Source of the DNA: Eledone cirrhosa
Taxonomy: Eukaryota
NCBI GenBank assembly: GCA_964016885.1
Contig: OZ024748.1
Coordinates: 40,672,001 to 40,736,000 of the forward strand
Direction of reading: 5' to 3'
DNA: 64,000 nucleotides
Shown: one piece after another, positions 45,001-53,400 of the stretch
How the letters are laid out: every line of letters begins with the position of its first letter
Position numbering within the stretch: the stretch's first letter is position 1
Program-made: the position numbers and the translations under genes
The notes under the pieces: generated by a model
Database searches by the model: none
Seen by the model: only the letters and a program-made list of their open reading frames with translations
What the model was told of the DNA's origin: nothing

Positions 45001-46869
45001 TTGAAGGAGTCACTGAACTAAGACAAGGTCAACTCTCTATTGAAAGAGTCACTGACCTAAGACAAAGTCAACTCTCTATTGAAGGAGTCACTGACCTAAG
45101 ACAAGGTCAACTCTCTATTGAAGGAGTCACTGACCTAAGACAAGGTCAACTCTCTATTGAAGGAGTCACTGAACTAATACAAGGTCAAATCTCTACTGAA
45201 GGAGTCGCTGACCTAAGACAAGGTCAACTCTCTATTGAAGGAGTCACTGAACTAATACAAGGTCAACTCTCTATTGAAGGAGTCACTGAACTAAGACAAG
45301 GTCAACTCTCTATTGAAGGAGTCACTGAACTAAGACAAGGTCAACTCTCTATTGAAGGAGTCACTTAACTAATACAAGGTCAACTCTCTATTGAAGGAGT
45401 CACTGACCTAAGACAAGGTCAACTCTCTATTGAAGGAATCACTGAACTAAGACAAGGTCAACTCTCTATTGAAGGAGTCACTGAACTAAGACAAGGTCAA
45501 CTCTCTATTGAAGGAGTCACTGAACTAAGACAAGGTCAACTCTCTATTGAAGGAGTCACTGAACTAATACAAGGTCAACTCTCTATTGAATGAGTCACTG
45601 AACTAAGACAAGGTCAACTCTCTATTGAATGAGTCACTGACCTAAGACAAGGTCAACTCTCTATTGAAGGAATCACTGAACTAAGACAAGGTCAACTCTC
45701 TATTGAAGGAGTCACTGAACTAAGACAAGGTCAACTCTCTATTGAAGGAGTCACTGAACTAAGACAAGGTCAACTCTCTATTGAAGGAGTCACTGAACTA
45801 ATACAAGGTCAACTCTCTATTGAAGGAGTCACTGAACTAAGACAAGGTCAACTCTCTATTGAAGGAGTCACTGACCTAAGACAAGGTCAACTCTCTATTG
45901 AAGGAGTCACTGAACTAAGACAAGGTCAACTCTCTATTGAAGGAGTCACTGAACTAATACAAGGTCAACTCTCTATTGAAGGAGTCACTGACCTAAGACA
46001 AGGTCAACTCTCTATTGAAGGAGTCACTGAACTAAGACAAGGTCAACTCTCTATTGAAGGAGTCACTGAACTAATACAAGGTCAACTCTCTATTGAAGGA
46101 GTCACTGAACTAAGACAAGGTCAACTCTCTATTGAAGGAGTCACTGAACTAATACAAGGTCAACTCTCTATTGAAGGAGTCACTGAACTAAGACAAGGTC
46201 AACTTTCTATTGAAGGAGTCACTGACCTAAGACAAGGTCAACTCTCTACTGAAGGAGTCACTGACCTAAGACAAGGTCAACTCTCTACTGAAGGAATCAC
46301 TGACCTAAGACAAGCTCAACTCTCTATTGAAGGAGTCACTGACCTAAGACAAGGTCAACTCTCTATTGAAGGAGTTACTGAACTAAGACAAGGTCAACTC
46401 TCTATTGAAGGAGTCACTGAACTAAGACAAGGTCAACTCTCTATTGAAGGAGTCACTGACCTAAGACAAGGTCAACTCTCTATTGAAGGAGTCACTGAAC
46501 TAAGACAAGGTCAACTCTCTATTGAAGAAGTCACTGAACTAAGACAAGGTCAACTCTCTATTGAAGGAGTCACTGAACTAATACAAGGTCAACTCTCTAT
46601 TGAAGGAGTCACTGGACTAATACAAGGTCAACTGTCTATTGAAGGAGTCACTGAACTAATACAAGGTCAACTCTCTATTGAAGGAGTCACTGACCTAAGA
46701 CAAGGTCAACTCTCTATTGAAGGAGTCACTGAACTAAGACAAGGTCAACTCTCTATTGAAGAAGTCACTGAACTAAGACAAAGTCAACTCTCTATTGAAG
46801 GAGTTACTGACCTAAGACAAGGTCAACTCTCTATTGAAGGAGTCACTGACCTAAGACAAGGTCAACTCT
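1..46869 (+). repeat. 39-bp tandem satellite array, about 1,200 copies, truncated by the left window edge; consensus GAGTCACTGA(A/C)CTAA(G/T)ACAA(G/A)GTCAACTCTCTATTGAAG
   Basis: The monomer is directly visible. Position 46801 (1+1200x39) starts in the same phase as position 1. The array ends at ...CAAGGTCAACTCT, followed by a degenerate TCTCTTGAAAT. Confidence 0.99.
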
Positions 46870-47219
46870 TCTCTTGAAATGTTTCAAAAATATTGGATCA
46901 ACTGATATTGTGCAATTTCTCTCCATAGCTTGATACTTCTAGATTTCAACATTAACTCACTAAAAGGAGTTTGTATCTTGAAATCATGGGGATAATAACA
47001 TTGAAGTCTTTTCTACTCGCCATATTTACCATGTAAATATATATTTCCCGTTTCAAATTTTCCTTAATTTGTCACAAAAATTGTTCTTCTGCAGATTATA
47101 CATAAGTAGTTTGCAAGCAGTATGTGCCCCATGGGCCTCATATTTGAGACGTCCTTGCTTTAAAAAGTAGTTTACCAATCTTGAATTTATTCTAATCCCA
47201 ATGAAACTTCCCATTTTAG

Positions 47220-47406
47220 CCAATTCGTAATGTTTACCCCCATTACATGTCACGTGACCCAAATATGGCAGAGCAACGTGAAAAAGACATGCAAAGCTGG
47301 AAAGAAAACGAACGTGACTTGTTGGATCTTCTACGAAAGGCTTCTGTTGGGGTTTATGAAAATGGTCTGATGACCGAACCAGAAAAACATGACTTTTTTG
47401 CATCAG
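47220..47406 (+). CDS. NWD-like internal exon (PIRNVYPHYMSRDPNMAEQREKDMQSWKENERDLLDLLRKASVGVYENGLMTEPEKHDFFAS)
   Basis: Acceptor cttcccattttag|CCA (the TAG is an in-frame stop just upstream) and donor TCAG|gtaaat (phase 1). FFAS|VTESE resembles the pre-NACHT motif of NWD proteins. Not in the ORF track. Confidence 0.82.
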
Positions 47407-50400
47407 GTAAATAGTTTTGTAAATATTTCCAACAATTTTCATTATGTTTTTTTTTTTTGCACTTTTGTGTAGTGAGGGAATGGCTGTGTGGAGAAGGGAT
47501 GGCTGTGTGGAGCAGGTATGGTTGTGTTACTCCAAAGATCCTTCAAAGGAACCCCATTTCGGTCATTTGTATTCCCAATTGTATTCTTCTTCTGATGACC
47601 AATTGGTGAAGCTGCCACATTATTTCACCAACTCCAGCAATTCTTGAAAACAACCCCTCCTTGATACTTTTGTTTCTGTGTAACTTCACTCAAATGAAGG
47701 ATCCACTTACATCTGTGTAACTTTACTAAAATGAAGGGTCGACTTATATCTGTGTAACTTTACTAAAATGAAGGGTCCACTTACATCTGTGTAACATCAC
47801 TAAAATGAAGGGTCCACTGTACAGGCTTTCTTGAGAGGCCAAATGTCATCATATCATTATTCTACTAAATCTAATTCTGTCAAAATCCCTTGAATCAGCA
47901 GAGCATCATTGGATGTTCTGTGTTTCAGCATTTCATCAACCCTCTTTCCAATATCCACCCTTAATTAAGTCTCACCCTTACCAGTCTATCATTTCCAAAA
48001 CTCAACACTATAAACCTTCTTCCACCTTGTAATGTTACCATTTATTAGCATTCTTTCTTATCTGTTTACACAATATAATCATACATTGTTTTGTTATTTG
48101 ATATTTTTATATGATAAAGTGACAGAGTCAGAAATGATAAAAGGTCTCTTTCAAGTTGAAAACCCACTGGAAAAATCCTTGGTATATTTGAGAAAATTTA
48201 CAGATTTTCCTGATTCTCTGGATGGTGATGATATTGGTGGTGAGATAGGACAAGAAGGAAATATGGTAGATGACAGTCCAACAATGTATGTTGATGTTGT
48301 TGAAAGCAACAAGAAGGTAAAATAGTTTTAACCCTTTCCTTTTCACACTTCTAATATAAGATACTGTTTATTATTTTCAAGAGTATTTGGAGTGATTTAG
48401 TATTATAAGTAGATTCATCCTTATTTATGTTGGTGTTTGGAGCATAACTTAACAGAGGTTTTTTCATAAAATGATGATGTCTTTAATTTTATCAACCTAT
48501 TGAACGTGTTAAAATAAGGACTTCTTTATTTAACCCTTTACCATTTTCATTGTATTTTAAAGGTTCCTATTTAACCCTTTACCATTTACATTACTCTATA
48601 TTTACTATTGTCTGTTCATGGTAAAGGCTTTATCTCACATAATTTTCTCACATAACATCAAAGCTATAAGATTTTGATATTATTTTGAGAACAGTGCCTT
48701 AATATCGGTATAAGCAGCCGATTATGGTTAGTTTAAATAGAAAGAGCTGATAGAATTCTGATTGGATATGACTGGTTTAAACAGAAAGAGCTGAGAGAAT
48801 TCTGGTCAGATATGGCTGGTTGAAATGCTAAAGGGTTAAATGTGCTTAAATAATAATTTCTTAATTTTAAAGCTGCTAAAATAATAATTGTTTCTATCAA
48901 CAGAAAAAAGTCGATGAAGAAGCGAAAGGATTGTTAGAGAGTTATATTGCAAGGTTAGAGACTAACAAACTGATTACAAATGTTTTTGATGTTCCTTGGT
49001 TACCAGGAGGAATAGAACTTGGAGAATATCATGAACCTCATCAAGAATATGTCAGTGAATTCTGTGAGACATTTATATCTGATATGATAGAGCTGATACA
49101 ACGAGCATTGGATGACCAAGAAAAAATATATAAAGAGTATCAATCATATTATGAAATTCTTCATCATTTGCACTTTTGTGTTCAGAAATGTGAGCTTTTC
49201 TGTGGCCAAGAAGACTTACTAGAGAAAATAAAGGAAATCATGAAAGAAAACAGTACAAGGAAACCCCTTGTTATTCACGCTCCTTCAGGAATAGGTAAAA
49301 CATCTATATTAGCTATGATTATGAATAATTTATCTTCTTGGTTCTCAAATGATTATCTCGCTGTCATACGTTTCCTAGGGACCACCCCAGAAACATGCAA
49401 TATCTACAATGTATTGCTCAGTGTGATGAAACAATTAGCATTTACAACTGGCATGATTTTAGATCCAATGGGCTGTGAGGGTATGGAGCACCTTGAAAAG
49501 TACTTCCCAAGATTTCTACGTCAATTTGGTCAAAGCATCAAAAAGCCTGTCTTTATTCTACTTGATTCTCTTGATCAATTGTCCAAAGATCACGATGCCT
49601 TCTTTATGGCCTGGCTCCCAGATTTTCTACCAACCAATGTTCACGTCATTGTCTCTACCTTGCCTCAGAAATTGATCATGAAAAACCTTACAAATCGATT
49701 GAAGCAAGATGAATGTTTTATTGAAGTTCCTTTAATGTCAGAAACAATCGGAGAAGAAGTGTTAAAGAAATTCTTATCTGTGCGAAAACGAACGATCACC
49801 AATTCTCAGAAAGAAGAGCTTCTGACAAAGTTTTCAAAAGTTTCCAGTCCTCTTTACTTAAAACTTCTTCTCCATGATGCCAGTCAGTGGCAATCACATC
49901 AAAATATTGATTTTCAACAATTACCAGATTCTGTGAGCTCAGCCATAGAACAACATTTTGAAAACTTGGAACGTAAATTTGGTAAAACACTAGTAGAATT
50001 TGCACTTGGTTATTTAACAGTTAGCTTGAATGGTCTAACAGAAATTGAACTTATTGATGTGTTGTCATGCAATAACGAGGTTTTGAATGCTATATTTGAA
50101 ATGAATGATCCCCCCTCGAGAAAAATAATTAATTTACCTCCCTTTCTTTGGGCTCGTATTTATCATGAGTTGAGGGACTATTTCACCGGTCGTTTTTCAC
50201 ACGGGAAATCTACATTTTATTGGTATCATCGACAATTTATCGAAGCTGCAACTAGAAGATACACTCAAATTAAAGAAAGCCTTCATGCAGATCTTGCAGA
50301 AATATTTGCAAGTGAAACAAATATTAAAAAGGACTTGATACTGCAACAACGAAATTGGGTTATATATGATGCTGATCGGAACATAACTCCACAAATACTT

Positions 50401-53400
50401 AATTCTGAGAACAAGAGGAAACTTGAATGTATTACTTACCATATATGCCGGGCTGGAGATTTTATCAACACTAAAGATGTTAAAGAAAAGGTTTTCTGTA
50501 ATATTCATTTTCTTTTTACAAAGATATCTGTTTTCTCAAGAGAACATGTCATACAAGAAATAAAGGAATTCCTTTCTAAGAGACCTGATAGAGAAATTCA
50601 AGTGATTCTTGAACTTTTGCAAGACATAAATGAAGAAATTCAATCACTGGAACGATTAGCTTTTCTAATTTTAGCTAATTTAGCTAAAACAAATAATGAT
50701 TCCAGCTTGAGACGTCTTATAGAAGAATCTGAACGACTTCTGTATTCCTCAAGTAAAAAAATGTTAATACCAACTTGTAATTGTCTGAAGAATCGTAATA
50801 ACGATCCTAGCACACACTCGAGGTTAGTTTTCTCATTTCCAAACTACTCTAGTATCATCCAAAATAAAGATGGAATAATAATACTGAAAAAACAGACTTC
50901 GAGGATATGGCCATTTGCAGCAATATTAACCAATGGATGTGTAGAAATGACTCGTCTTAGCCAGGGACAACTTAAATATTTTATTCCAACCACTGACGGA
51001 GACAAAATTTATTTACTTGCAACAGAAAGGATAGGATCTTTAAACAGTAACACAATGAAAATTCGGTGGCAGAATGATGATCTACTGAAAAATTATGGCA
51101 AACCTTATCTCTGTTCTTGGACAAATGATGGATCATACTTAGCTGTAGCTTTTAATACCTATCAAATATCTTTATTTTATGTGCGAGAAAACAAATTACG
51201 AATGAGTACGGCTTTTAACATAAAAGAGGATGTGGTGCTCAATAATCTGTGCTTAGTCCACTATGGAGACAACCTGTGTGTGTTTGCTTCGTCAACTAAT
51301 GGAGAACTGATTGAATATTCTAAGCTGGATAATCATAACCCTTCAACAAAACAAAAGAAACTTGGTTCAACAATTTCTAGTTTACATATGTCTAACAACA
51401 ACGAGTTAATAATATTACAAATCAAAGGAAAACAAACCATGTTTTGCTCTTTTCTAACAGAAACCTTGGAGGAAACAGGAAAATGTAAATTTGATAATGA
51501 ATCAATAGAATTTGAAGTTTGTTCTATGTCGGCTTTAATGGCAGTTCTCAAAGACAGTAATAAAATAAGCATATTAAATGCTTCCAGCTACTCAGAAAGT
51601 CAGGTTGTTAAACTTCCATGTTCTACCATTACCTGTTACACTATAAAATGGATGACACATCAAGTACTTGCAGCTTCTGAAGACTCTTTGATTATATTTG
51701 ATTACAACAAAGAAACTATTCTCTTCAAGATGGAAACCTGTTCTGACCCAATAAAAAACTTGGCATTGTCAGGAAACTTTGTGCTTACCATAGATACAAA
51801 CTTCATGTTAAAGTTGTGGGACTTTAGAGAAGCAAACAGTGTGTCAGATAAGATGACAAATCCACATGTAAATTGTCATATCACCGAACAAGAGGATATC
51901 ATTAGTTTTGCCATCAGCCAGAAAGCAACAACGATAATTACTGGTTCACAACAAAATCAAATATACGAATGGAATATGAAAGGTTCTCTTATAAAAAGTT
52001 TCAAAATTAATATACGTCCACAAGAAATACATTTGATAAATGATAAATATCTTCTTACATATGAAAAATCAAAAGGTATGTTGGATATATACGACTTTGA
52101 TACAACAGAATTGTATTATTCATATACAGATGTGTATATCTTGGCTATGACAATATATCATTTACCTGAGGAATTACTGGTATACACTGTTAATGATCAC
52201 AAAACTTATCTTACCATTGCAGTCTGTAATATTAATAAGAAAAAAATTATGATGGAAATACCGATTTTAAAAGACTTTGAATTTACCAGTCTTGAAGTGT
52301 CACTTACGTCTCTTGGTTCCTATATTCTGTTCAAGTGTGGAGTTACTGATTCTGATTATAAGCTCATAGAACAAGAGTGGAAAACTAAAGGTGGTTTCAA
52401 ACCTCAACCATATCCATACAGATTTGCTGCAATAAAACTAGACAGTGGAACTGGTCTCTTAAGACAATGTTTCCGACAACTAACAGACATTCCTACATTA
52501 GGAGGGGCCGCCTTACCTCTCCAGGGTAACCATATCATGATAGTTGCTGGTCGGGCTGTTTTTATTTGGGATATTTTCACAGGAAAATGTGACGAAGCCA
52601 TATCAAAAACTGTTTACAAAAAGAGTAAATTTCGCCGATATTTGAGCTCTGATGAACCAAACTACAATGGTTTATGTTTGGAAAAATCTGCCAATTCTGA
52701 GTACATTGCCATTGGTTATGAAGATGGTTATGTAATTATATACCGCACAAATAATGGAAGACCTGTAACAGAGCAACCAGAGACTAAACATGAGGCAGCT
52801 GTAAGTAACATAGACAGAATATCTTCCTTTGTTTTGGCTTTCTTTTATTACTTGAGAATTATAGGGTGATACAGTAGCAAAGTCGGTAAAGTAGTGTTTC
52901 TTTTGACTTTTTACTTTATCTTCTTTTTCTTCATCTTTGCCCAGTTATTCCTGAGAGGGTCATGGGGGCAGAGTCCTCAAACACTCCTTCCAGCAGCAAC
53001 CATCACCAACTGATCCGGCTGGATCCCCCAAGTGAGACGAGTCAAGCTCATGGATGTTATCCAACCATTTTGCTTGGGTCAACTTTACCTTTTATCTTTC
53101 TGAGGCTGATAAAATAAAGTAGTGGCCTTCTGCTTAAAGAAGGAATCCTTTTTTCAGAATTATCATCATCATCGTTTTTACACCCACTTTTTCATGCTAG
53201 GATCGGTTGGACGGGTCCTTCTCAGTACTACATCTCTCCACTTGTTGCATTCTTTCGTCTCTCACAACCTCTGCCCAGGTCTATTTCTTAAAAGCTTGTA
53301 TCAGTCAGTAGACTGTGACCTTTAAAGAGATTTTGGACCATATCGATCCCAGTATGTATTTTTCAAGTCTGGTACTTATTTTGTCAATCCTTTTTTGTCT

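Noticed and set aside
1-46869. CRISPR array (regular 39-bp period)
   Set aside because: Head-to-tail units with no unique spacers, no cas genes, and a spliceosomal gene next to it.
1-46869. AG|GT in each 39-mer as a recursive splice site
   Set aside because: No pyrimidine tract before AAG, and GTCAAC is a poor donor.
47091-47219. Alternative acceptor TTCTTCTGCAG at 47094
   Set aside because: An in-frame TAG at 47217-47219 prevents extension of the exon in the NWD frame.
52801-52869. C-terminus of the 1312-aa ORF (VSNIDRISSF...)
   Set aside because: Read-through into the intron after a perfect GTAAGT donor; the WD40 repeat continues at 54795.
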